The notes below the pieces were generated by a model that saw only the letters and a program-made list of their open reading frames with translations, did not search any database and was not told where the DNA came from. A stretch of DNA of 40,378 bases, from positions 1 through 40,378 of the forward strand of contig JAQBGU010000126.1 in assembly GCA_032128375.1 (NCBI GenBank). The letters run 5' to 3'. This document shows, in pieces, positions 17,577 to 27,942 of the stretch. Source of the DNA: Deltaproteobacteria bacterium. GTDB lineage: Bacteria > Myxococcota_A > UBA9160 > SMWR01. The position numbers were made by a program, and so were the translations under genes. Position 1 is the first letter of the stretch. Each line of letters begins with the position of its first letter.

Positions 17577-19646
17577 ATGGCACCCGACACCAACCGCGAA
17601 GACCAGATCACGGAAATCCTCGCCGAACTGAATCTCGACGAAAAAGTGGCGATGCTGTCTGGACACGGCTTCACGAAACAGATCGCCGAAGACGGCCGCT
17701 ACTGTGGGAGCGTCTACCACATCGGGGCGGGCAACGAACGCCTCGGCGTACCCGCGATGTTTTTCCTGGACGGACCGCGCGGCGTGGGGATGGGTCACTC
17801 GACGTGTTTCCCAGTCCCCATGGCGCGAGGCGCGAGCTTCGATGTCGATCTCGAGCGGCGCATCGGGGATGCGATCGGACGCGAACTGCGCGCGCACGGC
17901 GCGAACCTGTTCGGCGGCGTCTGCATCAATCTTCTGCGCCACCCGGCGTGGGGACGCGCGCAGGAAACCTACGGCGAAGATCCCTTTCTGCTCGGCGAGA
18001 TGGGTGCTGCGCTCACCCGCGGCGTCCAGCATCACAATGTCGTCGCCACCCCCAAACACTTCGCCGCCAACAGCATGGAGAACGCCCGATTCACGGTGGA
18101 CGTGGAGATCGACGAAAGAGCACTGCGCGAGGTCTACCTGCCGCACTTCAAGCGCTGCATCGACGCTGGGGCCGGTGCGGTGATGAGCGCCTACAACCAG
18201 CTCAACGGTGCCTACTGCGGCCACAATCGCGCGCTGCTCACGCGGATCCTGAAACAAGAATGGGGCTTCGACGGCTTTGTCTACTCAGACTTCGTGATGG
18301 GCTGTCGCGGAGCCGACGCCTTTTCGGCCGGTCTCGATGTCGAAGCGCCGGATACCTACCACTATGGCGACAAACTCGCGGACGCCGTGAAACGCGGCGA
18401 CGTCGACCCCGAACGACTCGACGACGGTGTGCGACGCGTTCTTCGCAGCCTGTACCGAACACGCGATGTCCCAGACGTCGAGACCTACGCGATCGACTGC
18501 GTCGCATCTGATGCTCACGTCGCGCTCGCGAAAGAAGCCGCCGACAAGAGCATCGTGCTGCTGCGCAACGACGGCGTCTTGCCATGGGACCCGTCGCGTG
18601 TCCGCCGCCTGTTGGTGTTGGGGCCGCTTGCCGACCGCGAAAATCTCGGCGACCACGGATCGAGCCGAGTCTATCCCAAAGACGTCGTCACCCCGCTCGC
18701 CGGCCTGCGAGCAGCGACCCCGGAAACGTGCGAACTCACCCACGATCTCGGCGAAGACCTCACCCGCGTGCGCTCACTCGCCGCCCAAGCCGATGCCGTC
18801 TTGGTGGTTGCCGGCTACACGCATCGGGATGAGGGCGAGTTCATTCCCGGCCAGATGGTCGATCTGTCTGAGGACACGGACAGGAGTATCGGCGGAGACC
18901 GACTCGATTTGACGCTAGGAGCCGAGCAGGAAGGCTTGATCCTGGCGGCCGCCGAAGCGAACCCGCAAACGGTGGTCGCCGTGATGAGCGGCTCGGCTGT
19001 ATTGATGGAGAGCTGGCGTCTGCGCGTCGCGGCGATCTTGATGTTGTGGTACCCGGGGATGGCAGGCGGAACCTCACTCGCCGACGTGCTGTTCGGTCGG
19101 GTCAATCCATCTGGCCGGTTGCCGTTCAGCGTACCGACACATTCCGATCACCTGCCGTTTTTCGATCGGGATGCAACGCAGATCCGATACGACCTGTGGC
19201 ATGGCTACACCAAGCTCGAGCGCGACGGTGTCCCCCCCGCCTTTCCGTTCGGATTCGGCCTCGGCTACTCGGCGTTCGACTTTGCGAACCCGTCTGCTGT
19301 CGCCAGCGATTCGACTGTGCGCGTAGAGGTCGACGTCAGCAACACCGGTGAGCGCGACGGCGATGCGGTCGTCCAGGTCTACGCAGGCTGGCAGACTCCA
19401 TCGCCTGACCAACCTGTTAAGCGTCTGTGCGGCTTCAGTCGGGTCGCATTGCGCGCAGGGGAGACGCATCGCGCGGTCGTCGAAGTCGCGCTGCGCGATC
19501 TCGCGTGGTTCGATGTCGATCAACACTGCTGGCGCATCGGCGAACTGCAGTGGCGCATCGGAATTGGTCAAAGCAGTGCCGACGCGGACCAGGTCGCCGT
19601 GAAGCTGCGGCTCTCGGAGCGGACCTGGTCGATTCGGGAACGCTGA
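17577..19646 (+). CDS. Glycoside hydrolase family 3 (beta-glucosidase-like) with Fn3-like C-terminus
   Basis: DGPRG, GRAQETYGEDP, KHFAAN, MSAYN, GFDGFVYSDF, FPFGFGLGYS and VSNTGERDG; GAGGA before the ATG at 17577. Confidence 0.93.
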   Translation: MAPDTNREDQITEILAELNLDEKVAMLSGHGFTKQIAEDGRYCGSVYHIGAGNERLGVPAMFFLDGPRGVGMGHSTCFPVPMARGASFDVDLERRIGDAIGRELRAHGANLFGGVCINLLRHPAWGRAQETYGEDPFLLGEMGAALTRGVQHHNVVATPKHFAANSMENARFTVDVEIDERALREVYLPHFKRCIDAGAGAVMSAYNQLNGAYCGHNRALLTRILKQEWGFDGFVYSDFVMGCRGADAFSAGLDVEAPDTYHYGDKLADAVKRGDVDPERLDDGVRRVLRSLYRTRDVPDVETYAIDCVASDAHVALAKEAADKSIVLLRNDGVLPWDPSRVRRLLVLGPLADRENLGDHGSSRVYPKDVVTPLAGLRAATPETCELTHDLGEDLTRVRSLAAQADAVLVVAGYTHRDEGEFIPGQMVDLSEDTDRSIGGDRLDLTLGAEQEGLILAAAEANPQTVVAVMSGSAVLMESWRLRVAAILMLWYPGMAGGTSLADVLFGRVNPSGRLPFSVPTHSDHLPFFDRDATQIRYDLWHGYTKLERDGVPPAFPFGFGLGYSAFDFANPSAVASDSTVRVEVDVSNTGERDGDAVVQVYAGWQTPSPDQPVKRLCGFSRVALRAGETHRAVVEVALRDLAWFDVDQHCWRIGELQWRIGIGQSSADADQVAVKLRLSERTWSIRER

Positions 19647-19756
19647 CGGGCCCTACCGCTCCACGTTCGCCAGCGAACGGTACGATGCTTGACTGATGGC
19701 GCGCGACGGTGGATCGTGTTGGATTCGGGATCATGCAATCACCACGGAGAAGCGGA

Positions 19757-21391
19757 ATGCCCAACCAGCAGCAATCGAACCGTTCGGAAAGCGCGAGCGG
19801 GTTCGACGCGGTCGTCATCGGTGCGGGTTTTGCTGGCTTGTACATGCTACACCGCCTGCGAGGCCTCGGTCTTTCGGCACGCGTATACGAAGCCGGCAGC
19901 GGTGTCGGCGGCACCTGGTTTTGGAATCGCTATCCCGGTGCTCGTTGCGATATCGAGAGCATGGAATATTCCTACCAGTTCTCTGCGGACCTGCAGCAGG
20001 AATGGGAGTGGACCGAGCGCTACGCGTCCCAGCCGGAAATTCTCGCGTACATCAACCACGTCGCCGATCGCTTCGATCTGCACCGCGATATTCAATGCAA
20101 TACCCGCGTCCGCTCGGCGCATTTCGACGAACAGACCAACCGATGGACGATCGTCACGGACGGCGGCGCGCGCGTCACTTCGCGGTATTGCGTCATGGCG
20201 ACCGGTTGTCTGTCATCGATCAATCAGCCCCACTTCGAAGGACTCGATTCGTTCGAGGGAGACTCGTATCAGACCGGAAACTGGCCCAACCAGGGAGTTG
20301 ACTTCACGGGGAAGCGTGTCGGCGTGGTGGGAACCGGTTCGTCCGCCATTCAAGCCATCCCGCACATCGCCGAGCAAGCTGCTCATCTCTTTGTCTTCCA
20401 ACGAACTCCGAACTACAGCGTGCCCGCGCGAAACGGACCCCTCGATCCGCTCGTCCAGAAGGAAATCAAGGCCGACTACGCGGGCTTCCGCGAGAGGAAC
20501 AGCCTGGAGGGGTTTGGCGCCGGCTTCAACGCGAATGAGGCGACCGCGGTCGATGCGTCACCCGCCGAGAGGCAACGCGAGTACGCGCAGCGATGGGCGT
20601 ATGGAGGACTTCCGTTCCTGGCCGCGTTTTCCGACCTGCTCAACAGCCGAGAGGCGAACGAAACAGCCGCAGATTTCATCCGCGAGCGAATCCGCGAAAC
20701 TGTGAATGACCCTGCGCTGGCCAAGACCCTGTCACCGAGTCACACCGTGGGTTGCAAGCGGCTGTGCGCGGACACCGGCTACTACGAGACATTCAATCGG
20801 TCCAACGTGACGTTAGTCGATGTCAGCAACTCCCCCATTGAAAGAATCACCAAAACCGGGCTGCGGGCGAACGGCGAGGCATTCGACCTCGACGCGATCG
20901 TATTTGCGATCGGCTTCGACGCGATGACCGGTGCGGTGCTGAACATCGACATTCGCGGTAGTGGTGGACGGACCCTGCAACAGAAATGGTCGGAGGGCCC
21001 ACGCACCTACCTGGGCATCGCAACGTCGGGTTTCCCGAACTTGTTCACAATCACAGGCCCGGGCAGCCCGTCGGTGTTGTCGAACATGCTGCCATCGATC
21101 GAACAGCACGTGAACTGGATCGCGGATTGCATCGCGTACATGCGCGAGCGCAACCTCGAACGAATCGACGCCAGCGTCGAGGCCGAACAAGCCTGGGTCG
21201 CACACGTCAACGAAGTGGCCGACGAAACGCTGTTTCCAACCTGCAATTCCTGGTACGTAGGGGCCAACATTCCCGGCAAACCCCGCGTCTTCATGCCGTA
21301 CTTGGGCTACCCGCAGTACGTCGAGAAATGCAAGGAGGTCGTCTCGAATCAGTACGAGGGCTTTACGTTGACGGCCGCCGACTCGAACTAG
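19757..21391 (+). CDS. Type I Baeyer-Villiger monooxygenase (cyclohexanone/phenylacetone monooxygenase family)
   Basis: GAGFAG, GGTWFWNRYPGARCD, FEGDSYQTGNWP, GTGSSAIQ and GCKRLC. Confidence 0.93.
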   Translation: MPNQQQSNRSESASGFDAVVIGAGFAGLYMLHRLRGLGLSARVYEAGSGVGGTWFWNRYPGARCDIESMEYSYQFSADLQQEWEWTERYASQPEILAYINHVADRFDLHRDIQCNTRVRSAHFDEQTNRWTIVTDGGARVTSRYCVMATGCLSSINQPHFEGLDSFEGDSYQTGNWPNQGVDFTGKRVGVVGTGSSAIQAIPHIAEQAAHLFVFQRTPNYSVPARNGPLDPLVQKEIKADYAGFRERNSLEGFGAGFNANEATAVDASPAERQREYAQRWAYGGLPFLAAFSDLLNSREANETAADFIRERIRETVNDPALAKTLSPSHTVGCKRLCADTGYYETFNRSNVTLVDVSNSPIERITKTGLRANGEAFDLDAIVFAIGFDAMTGAVLNIDIRGSGGRTLQQKWSEGPRTYLGIATSGFPNLFTITGPGSPSVLSNMLPSIEQHVNWIADCIAYMRERNLERIDASVEAEQAWVAHVNEVADETLFPTCNSWYVGANIPGKPRVFMPYLGYPQYVEKCKEVVSNQYEGFTLTAADSN

Positions 21392-21474
21392 CGCTGCTGC
21401 GAGGTTCTGGGCTGCCGGGAGCGTGGAGCTGACCGACTTTCGAAACACTTGACGAAGAAACGGGAGACCATCAG

Positions 21475-22440
21475 ATGGATCAGTTCAGCGGCAAACTTGC
21501 GGTGATCACAGGCGGCGGCACCGGTATGGGGCGCGAACTGGCGCGCCAGTTGGCGGCCGAAGGATGCCACGTCGCGGTCTGCGACGTTTCCGAAGAATCG
21601 ATGGCCCAGACCAAAGGGCTCTGCCTGCAAGATGCGCCCGTCGGCGTCCGCGTCAGCACGTTCGTTGCGGATGTTTCCGTCGAGTCGCAGGTCCTGGCGT
21701 TTCGCGACGCGGTCGCCGAAGCGCATGACACCGACCACATCCATTTGCTGTTCAACAACGCCGGCATCGGCGGCGGCGGAAGCTTCGTGCGCGACGACCT
21801 CGAAATCTGGGAGAAGACGTTCGATGTGTGCTGGCGAGGCGTGTATCTGTGCTCGCGCGCCTTCATGCCCATGCTGATGGCCAGCCCGGAAGGACACGTC
21901 ATCAATACGAGCAGCGTCAACGGCTTCTGGGCCTCGCTCGGACCCCAATCGGCCCACACCGCATACAGCGCGGCCAAGTTCGCAGTCAAGGGCTTCACCG
22001 AGGCACTGATCAACGACTTCCGCATCAACGCTCCTCACCTGAAAGTGTCGCTCGTGATGCCTGGCCACATCGGGACTTCGATCATCATCAATTCCGGACG
22101 CATCCTCGGCATGGATCCCAAGGAAATGAGCGATGACGAGATCGGCGAAGCGCGCGAGCGGATGGCGCGGATGGGTTTCCCGGTGGATGGCGCGACCAAC
22201 GACCAGATCCGTCAGGCGCTCGTGCAGCGTGGCGACGAATTCCGCGACAACGCTCCGGTGACCGCTGCGCAGGCTGCGACGGTCATCCTCGCCGGGGTCC
22301 GCGCCGAGCAGTGGCGCATCCTCATCGGCGAGGATGCCCGGGTGCTCGACGAGCTGGTCCGCGAGGCGCCGGAGGAGGCGTACGAACCGGCTTTCATGGA
22401 GAAGCTGCGTGCGAAAACGGAGTGGGCACTGGGCAGCTGA
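21475..22440 (+). CDS. Short-chain dehydrogenase/reductase
   Basis: TGGGTGMG, FNNAG, NTSS and YSAAK. Confidence 0.92.
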   Translation: MDQFSGKLAVITGGGTGMGRELARQLAAEGCHVAVCDVSEESMAQTKGLCLQDAPVGVRVSTFVADVSVESQVLAFRDAVAEAHDTDHIHLLFNNAGIGGGGSFVRDDLEIWEKTFDVCWRGVYLCSRAFMPMLMASPEGHVINTSSVNGFWASLGPQSAHTAYSAAKFAVKGFTEALINDFRINAPHLKVSLVMPGHIGTSIIINSGRILGMDPKEMSDDEIGEARERMARMGFPVDGATNDQIRQALVQRGDEFRDNAPVTAAQAATVILAGVRAEQWRILIGEDARVLDELVREAPEEAYEPAFMEKLRAKTEWALGS

Positions 22441-22633
22441 CCCAGGCGCAATCATACCGACGCGTCGGGTCGGGCGTGCCGGTGTCCCCCGCCGGTATTC
22501 GGGTCGCAACCCCCGCTGTCGAGTTTCGATTTCGGCGCTCTGCCCCGTATCTTTTCCGTCCGCCCACTCGTTGCTTGAGTGGGGAGTTTCGAATGCGAGT
22601 TTCCTGGGAGAGATCAAACGCTAGAGGAACCGA

Positions 22634-23611
22634 ATGGCTGAATTCGAGATCCCCGACGACTTCCGCAACGACACGCGTGCGGCCTGGAAGCGCTACGTGG
22701 ACCTGCTCGCGCCTTTTCGGCCAGATCTGCATCGCTATTGCCTCGGCTTGACACGAAACCTGTGGGACGCCGAGGACCTCGTGCAGGAGACGGTGATTCG
22801 AGGCTTCGGAACGCTGAATTCGCTGCATGGTAGAATCGAGAACCCGCGCGGCTACCTGGTGCGGATCGCAACAAACCTGTGGATCGACCTGCTGCGTCGA
22901 CGATCTGCCGAAGCCGCAGCATTGAAGGCCGAACCGCCGGTTCCCGCGCAAGCGGCGGATACCAGTCAACGCGCCGAAACACGCGCCGCTGGCGCCCGCC
23001 TAATGGAGCGCCTTTCTCCGCAAGAACGAGCCGCCGTATTGATGAAGGACGTCTTCGACATGAGCCTCGACGACATTGCCAACGCACTGGGCACGACACT
23101 GGGCGCGGTCAAATCGGCATTGCATCGCGGACGCGCGCGCCTCGACGAGCCCGATGCGTCGCCGGAGTGGCGCCGACCGAGGCCTTCGATCGCACTGGTC
23201 GATCGCTTCGTCGAGCTGCTGAATGGCTCGGACCTGCCTGGCCTGCTCGACTTGATGCTGGATTCGAGCTGTGTCGAGGAATTCGGCTCACTGGTGGAAG
23301 TGGGCCGTGGACAGTTCGAGCGCGAGGGTAGTTTCCTGTGGCAATCCGTGAACGTTCACCCGGAACTTCCGGCCGATCAACGGCCCAAGAAGTGGCGCAA
23401 CGAGCGCGCCATATTCGAGGGCGAACCGCTGGTACTGAGCTTCGGTCCCGTACCAGATGGCGAACGACTGATGGGACTGACCCGCCTCGAAGAGAACGAC
23501 GGAAAGATCGCGCGCTTGCGCGCGTACATCTTCACACCAGAAACCATCCGCGCAATCGGCAAGTCCCTCGGATTGCCGGTGCTCACGGGTCTGTATCGGT
23601 TTCCGTTCTAG
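22634..23611 (+). CDS. ECF sigma-70 factor with C-terminal SnoaL-like extension
   Basis: LHRYC...DAEDLVQET (region 2); LSPQERAAVLMKDVFD...AVKSALHRGRARL (region 4); LVDRFVELLNGSDLPGLLDLM extension. Confidence 0.88.
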   Translation: MAEFEIPDDFRNDTRAAWKRYVDLLAPFRPDLHRYCLGLTRNLWDAEDLVQETVIRGFGTLNSLHGRIENPRGYLVRIATNLWIDLLRRRSAEAAALKAEPPVPAQAADTSQRAETRAAGARLMERLSPQERAAVLMKDVFDMSLDDIANALGTTLGAVKSALHRGRARLDEPDASPEWRRPRPSIALVDRFVELLNGSDLPGLLDLMLDSSCVEEFGSLVEVGRGQFEREGSFLWQSVNVHPELPADQRPKKWRNERAIFEGEPLVLSFGPVPDGERLMGLTRLEENDGKIARLRAYIFTPETIRAIGKSLGLPVLTGLYRFPF

Positions 23612-24243
23612 TGACAGCGCAGAGCGAACAACAGAAGATCCGATCCCGTCTTCGAAGCTACGAGCGGAAACTCCGACTAGAGAAGAAAAAGTACGGCGAC
23701 TATGACGACAGCGCGGGAAAGCGTTACCAGATCGCGCCCCACTACATGCTGCTCGGCGACAACGACGGCGCACTCGCGGCCTTCGCGTGGTTCGAGCAAG
23801 AGTTCGATGACGACGGCGGAAAGCCGGACCACTTGCTCTGCTGGAGCCTCGCACTACATCGTGCCAGCAATCAAGTCGGGGCCGCCAGGAAGCTTCGACA
23901 GGCCATGCTCAGCAACCTGTACCTCGTGCCGTACCTGATCGACGCGCCGATATCCCGACTCGACATCTGGCACGGTTCGAGCGATGCAGAGCCGAACTAC
24001 GTGGAGTCCATCCCCGAGCAGTACCTTCAGCTTTGGACCGACGAAGAACGAAACTGGGCAGCGGGGCTGTATCAAGGCCCTGGGTTCCAGTTGGCCCGCG
24101 ATCGGTGCATCGAGATCAGAAAGCTCTTGGACAGCACGCGGCCTGGAACCGAGAGGCACAGTTTGCTCAGCGAGAACGACCCATCCGCTCACGCCGCCCG
24201 CACATTTTTCGTGAGTGTCATCGAGATTCCCGGAGTTCGCTAG
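23611..24243 (+). CDS. Hypothetical protein
   Basis: GTG start overlapping the sigma-factor stop; protein-like helical sequence (YDDSAGKRY...WFEQEFDDD...MLSNLY). Confidence 0.65.
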   Translation: MTAQSEQQKIRSRLRSYERKLRLEKKKYGDYDDSAGKRYQIAPHYMLLGDNDGALAAFAWFEQEFDDDGGKPDHLLCWSLALHRASNQVGAARKLRQAMLSNLYLVPYLIDAPISRLDIWHGSSDAEPNYVESIPEQYLQLWTDEERNWAAGLYQGPGFQLARDRCIEIRKLLDSTRPGTERHSLLSENDPSAHAARTFFVSVIEIPGVR

Positions 24244-24297
24244 CCTCGTTATCGAGCGCTCGATCGTCTAGCCTGCTGGCTTGGAAGGAGCCCCCAC

Positions 24298-24672
24298 ATG
24301 CCCATCGATGTCATCGTTCCCGATTCCGCCCGCAAGACCTACGAGAGCTGGCACTTTGCTCCCGCTGTTCGTCATGACGACCTGGTTTTTTGCTCTGGTG
24401 TTGTCGGGCGCGGAGAGTCTGCCGAGGACGAGTTTCGCAGTGCATGGCAAGCGCTGGGTGAAGTCCTGGCAGAGGCGGGGGTCGGCTATCAGGACATCAT
24501 CGACAGCACGCTCTACATCGTCGAGTTACAGAAGAACGCGGCCGTGATGGCGAAGGTGAAAGACGAGTTCATCAAGGAGCCATACCCCGCATCCACCTGG
24601 ATCGGCGTCGCGGAGCTGGTCATTCCCGGCGCCCGCGCGGAGATCAAGGTCGTGGCTCGAACGCCGGAGTGA
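24298..24672 (+). CDS. RidA/YjgF/UK114 family protein
   Basis: FAPAVRHDDLVFCSG...YPASTWIGVAELVIPGARAEIKVVA; AAGGAG RBS. Confidence 0.9.
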   Translation: MPIDVIVPDSARKTYESWHFAPAVRHDDLVFCSGVVGRGESAEDEFRSAWQALGEVLAEAGVGYQDIIDSTLYIVELQKNAAVMAKVKDEFIKEPYPASTWIGVAELVIPGARAEIKVVARTPE

Positions 24673-24696
24673 TCCCCTGGCGAACATCACCGGTAG

Positions 24697-24963
24697 CAGA
24701 ATCGATTCGAGGGAGACCTAACCTCGCTGGATGACGACCTCGCAGCGGACTTGAACGACATTCTGCGTCTCGCGGCGGGCGAATTCGAGTGCGTCTTCGA
24801 CGTGACCGGCAAACCGTGGGACCACGCGCCGCCTGTAATCCTCATCGACGAAACCGGTGGCCAGTTTCGCGATTACCGTGCGGGAGGTCGACTCGACCTC
24901 GGAGAGGGGCGCTACACAAACGGCCGTATCGACGCCCAGCTCGATACACTGCTAGCGTCGTAG
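24697..24963 (+). pseudogene. C-terminal fragment of an inositol monophosphatase/histidinol-phosphatase family gene
   Basis: LAAGEFECVFD...KPWDHAPPVILIDETGGQFRD...TNGRI. An in-frame stop lies immediately upstream and the DPIDGT half is absent. Confidence 0.65.
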
Positions 24964-24967
24964 CCGT

Positions 24968-25423
24968 ATGCCTCGTTCGACAGCGCGAACATCCGTGCGT
25001 GTGATCGGCATTGCCCTCGCTGCGCTGGCCGGACTCTTCGCGCTCGTTGTGGCCGCGTCAGTGGCACTGATCGAATCCGAAGAGGTCGTGGTGATCGAAA
25101 CGCGCGACGCGGACGGCGACGTACACCGCGCGCGCATCTGGGTCGTCGACCACCTGGGTTCGCCGTGGGTCGCTCCCGGTAACCGCAACAACGGTTGGTT
25201 CCAGCGGCTCATGGTGGCGCCCCGAGTCGTGCTGGTTCGAGGCGATCGAAGGAGCTGCCACATCGCAGCCGTGGTGCGAGATGACGAAGCGCGGCCGATC
25301 CTCGAACTCTTCCTCGAAAAGTATGCGTCAGTGATCCGGGTGACCTCGTTGCTCAACTTTGTTCTCGAACCCGGAGCGGACAACGACCCGGCGATGTTCG
25401 CCGTACGACTCGACCCGTGCTGA
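24968..25423 (+). CDS. Membrane-anchored split-barrel flavin/deazaflavin-binding-like protein
   Basis: N-terminal TM; VVVIETRDADG...IWVV...GWFQRL...P.V...EKY pattern. Family assignment is tentative. Confidence 0.55.
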   Translation: MPRSTARTSVRVIGIALAALAGLFALVVAASVALIESEEVVVIETRDADGDVHRARIWVVDHLGSPWVAPGNRNNGWFQRLMVAPRVVLVRGDRRSCHIAAVVRDDEARPILELFLEKYASVIRVTSLLNFVLEPGADNDPAMFAVRLDPC

Positions 25424-25465
25424 GCACGGGGGCGAGGTTGGCGGCCTGGCGCGACGCAACCGCGT

Positions 25466-26071
25466 TTACGCGCCGATCAAGCCGTGTTGCTCGAGGCATT
25501 GCCTGGCAGCCTGGGGTCCGTCGACGCGAGCCGCCTGCCAGCCAGCGTCGCGCGCTGCATCGACATTGAGCTGGTTGTCGTCGAAGAACAGGATCGAGCT
25601 CGCTGCGATATCGAGCCGTTCGGCGACGTGGTCGTAGATCTCGCGATCGGGCTTGATCAGGCCGAGTTCATGCGACAAGAAGCGCGTCGGAAACAGTTCA
25701 GCGAGGCGCAGCGCATCGGCCTGCCGGCTCCAGTGGACTTCGTTGGTGTTGCTCAGGCAAGCGACACGGATCGTCGACCCCAACGACTCGACCAACTCGT
25801 AAGCGCCGGCGAACAGTCCCCGCGGCCATGCGCGAAAACGCTCGAGGAATTCGTCTGCAGTTCCGTCGAGCGCGAATTGTTCGACCATGCCGCGGGCGAA
25901 TGTGTCGCTCGAACAGAATCCCCGTTCATAGTCGCGGACCCAGGTATTGGTGAGCCAGCGCGCCCAGACCCGCTCGTCGTCGGGCTCTCCAATCATGTCG
26001 CCGAAGTCTCGGACACCACCCAGTTCCACCAGGACCCCGCCAAGGTCGAAGACAACACAGTCGATTCCCAC
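25466..26071 (-). CDS. HAD-superfamily phosphatase (YihX-like)
   Basis: VVFDLGGVL, CLSNTN, KPDREIY and FFDDNQLNVDAA; GGAGGTG RBS before the GTG at 26071. Confidence 0.9.
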   Translation of the reverse strand: MGIDCVVFDLGGVLVELGGVRDFGDMIGEPDDERVWARWLTNTWVRDYERGFCSSDTFARGMVEQFALDGTADEFLERFRAWPRGLFAGAYELVESLGSTIRVACLSNTNEVHWSRQADALRLAELFPTRFLSHELGLIKPDREIYDHVAERLDIAASSILFFDDNQLNVDAARDAGWQAARVDGPQAARQCLEQHGLIGA

Positions 26072-26184
26072 CTTCGATCTCACCTCCGATAATGGACCGC
26101 CCGCCAACAACGCGATTGGCACGCGCTGGCACCGATGCTAGCTCGCGGTGCCCGTTTGGCAGAATCGAGTCGTGCGGCAACAGT

Positions 26185-27942
26185 TTAGGGACTGTCCCGA
26201 TCGCCGCCGATACTTGCGTCGCTCGATCTCGATAGAGAATCCAGCAGATCGCGAACTCCCGAAAGTTGTGGATTCAGTGAAAGCGCGCGCTTCAGCGCTT
26301 CCACCGCGGGGTCGCGCTTGCCTTGACGAACCAGGCTTCTCGCGATGTCGTAGTGGGCGCGCGCGTTGTTCGGATGCTTCGCCAGCAGTCGACGGTTGAA
26401 CGCCAGCGCATCGTCGTCGCGCCCAAGGCGCATTGCGAGATCGGCAGCGTTTCCGAGTACTTCGATTGCATCCGAAAGTTCTGCGGCATGCCGCGCGAGC
26501 CGGTAGGCGTCTGCGTACTTGTGCGCCCAGGTATACACCGTCGAGGTACTGGCGAGTGCGCGAGCATGCTGTGCCGGCGAAACCTGAGCCTCAATGACCG
26601 CTGCAGCGGCGGCGATCGCGACTTCCGCCCCGCCGCTGTCGGGTTCGATGACACCCGTCGCTCGCAGTACATCGATCACCCCCATCGCGATCAGTCGGTT
26701 GGCTTCGATCGTCGGATGGACGTGGTCGAAGAAATAGTCGTCGCCCGCGATTGCGTGCTCGCTGTTGCCTTCGAGACTGCGGGCGAAGTCGACCAGCCCG
26801 GCACCGCTACTTCGTGCGACTTCGCGAACGCTCTCGAGGGCGGGCGTAACCGCCCGCAGCGGACAGATGTCCGCGTCTTTGGCGGCGCGAAAGGCCTCGG
26901 CCGCTGCAGAGTAGCGCTTTGCGTCGTATAGCAGCTGCCCGTACAAGTACTGCGCGTCCGCGTGGCGCGGGTCGATCGCGACAGCGCGCGCAAGCGATGC
27001 GAGCGCAGATTCCAATCGGCCCTGTTCGCGATCGCGGCGCGCCGCGGCCAGCAATGAATCGCGCTGCCGGTGACCGGTAGCGCTCACAGCAGCGTCTCCG
27101 ACCGACTTGAATGGCGAACTGTCGCGCAGGTTGGACGCGGGCACGATGAATATCGCCGCTGCATCGGCGCCTCGCGCGGCTTGTGCGATTCGCACCAGAT
27201 TGCGCCGGAAGTGTTCCATCACATCCCGTGCGATACGGTCGTCCCGAGTGTAGGCGTCTGGCCCGATGCTCTGGTCCAGAACTTCAGTCGCTTGACCTCG
27301 TCCCAGCTTGCGTTGCATCGGCCCCGGCGGCGTCTGACCGCGCAGCGTCGCCACCAGCTCCTTCAGTGCGGTGTAGGTGCGTGTGCGGCTCAACACGGCC
27401 CGCGAATCCAACAGCAGCTGGGGGCTGCCGAACAACTGCTCGTAGGTCTGCCGCTCGAGAAACTCGTTGTGACCTGTATAGACGACGAGCGCATCGGGCT
27501 CGTAGCGAGCGATTTCTTCGGCAACCGCGGCGACGCGGTAACTCCCGTAGCCGATGGCACCGGCGTTGATCAGTTCCCAGCTTCGAGAAGCTGCGACGAT
27601 GGGCAACAGCACACGAAGCCAACCGCAATACGAGGTCGTATCGGTATACGGGCGACCAAATGTCGTCGATCCGCCCAAACAGAAGATTCGGTAGACATTC
27701 GCCGGTTTGCGGCGATCGAATCGCTGCGTATTGAAGATCGAGCGCTTGTTGACGCGCGTGACCCACTGCTCCGGGTTCGCCGGCGCCTCGACGAACAGCG
27801 ACATTGCGGGCGCGAAACCCGCAAGCGGATCATCGACCTCGAGTGTCGACGTCACGCCGACGAACGCCAGCAAGCCTTCGAGCGCAACGAAGAAAACGAG
27901 CAGCGAAACGACCGCCAGAAGCGCGTTTCGGACCAAGGGCAC
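26185..27942 (-). CDS. SGNH/GDSL-like hydrolase with TPR repeats, N-terminally membrane-anchored
   Basis: LGGSTTFG, INAGAIGYGS, YTGHNEF and DHVHP blocks; TPR-like AVAIDPRHADAQYLYG and HPNNARAHYDIA. Confidence 0.85.
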   Translation of the reverse strand: MPLVRNALLAVVSLLVFFVALEGLLAFVGVTSTLEVDDPLAGFAPAMSLFVEAPANPEQWVTRVNKRSIFNTQRFDRRKPANVYRIFCLGGSTTFGRPYTDTTSYCGWLRVLLPIVAASRSWELINAGAIGYGSYRVAAVAEEIARYEPDALVVYTGHNEFLERQTYEQLFGSPQLLLDSRAVLSRTRTYTALKELVATLRGQTPPGPMQRKLGRGQATEVLDQSIGPDAYTRDDRIARDVMEHFRRNLVRIAQAARGADAAAIFIVPASNLRDSSPFKSVGDAAVSATGHRQRDSLLAAARRDREQGRLESALASLARAVAIDPRHADAQYLYGQLLYDAKRYSAAAEAFRAAKDADICPLRAVTPALESVREVARSSGAGLVDFARSLEGNSEHAIAGDDYFFDHVHPTIEANRLIAMGVIDVLRATGVIEPDSGGAEVAIAAAAAVIEAQVSPAQHARALASTSTVYTWAHKYADAYRLARHAAELSDAIEVLGNAADLAMRLGRDDDALAFNRRLLAKHPNNARAHYDIARSLVRQGKRDPAVEALKRALSLNPQLSGVRDLLDSLSRSSDASIGGDRDSP

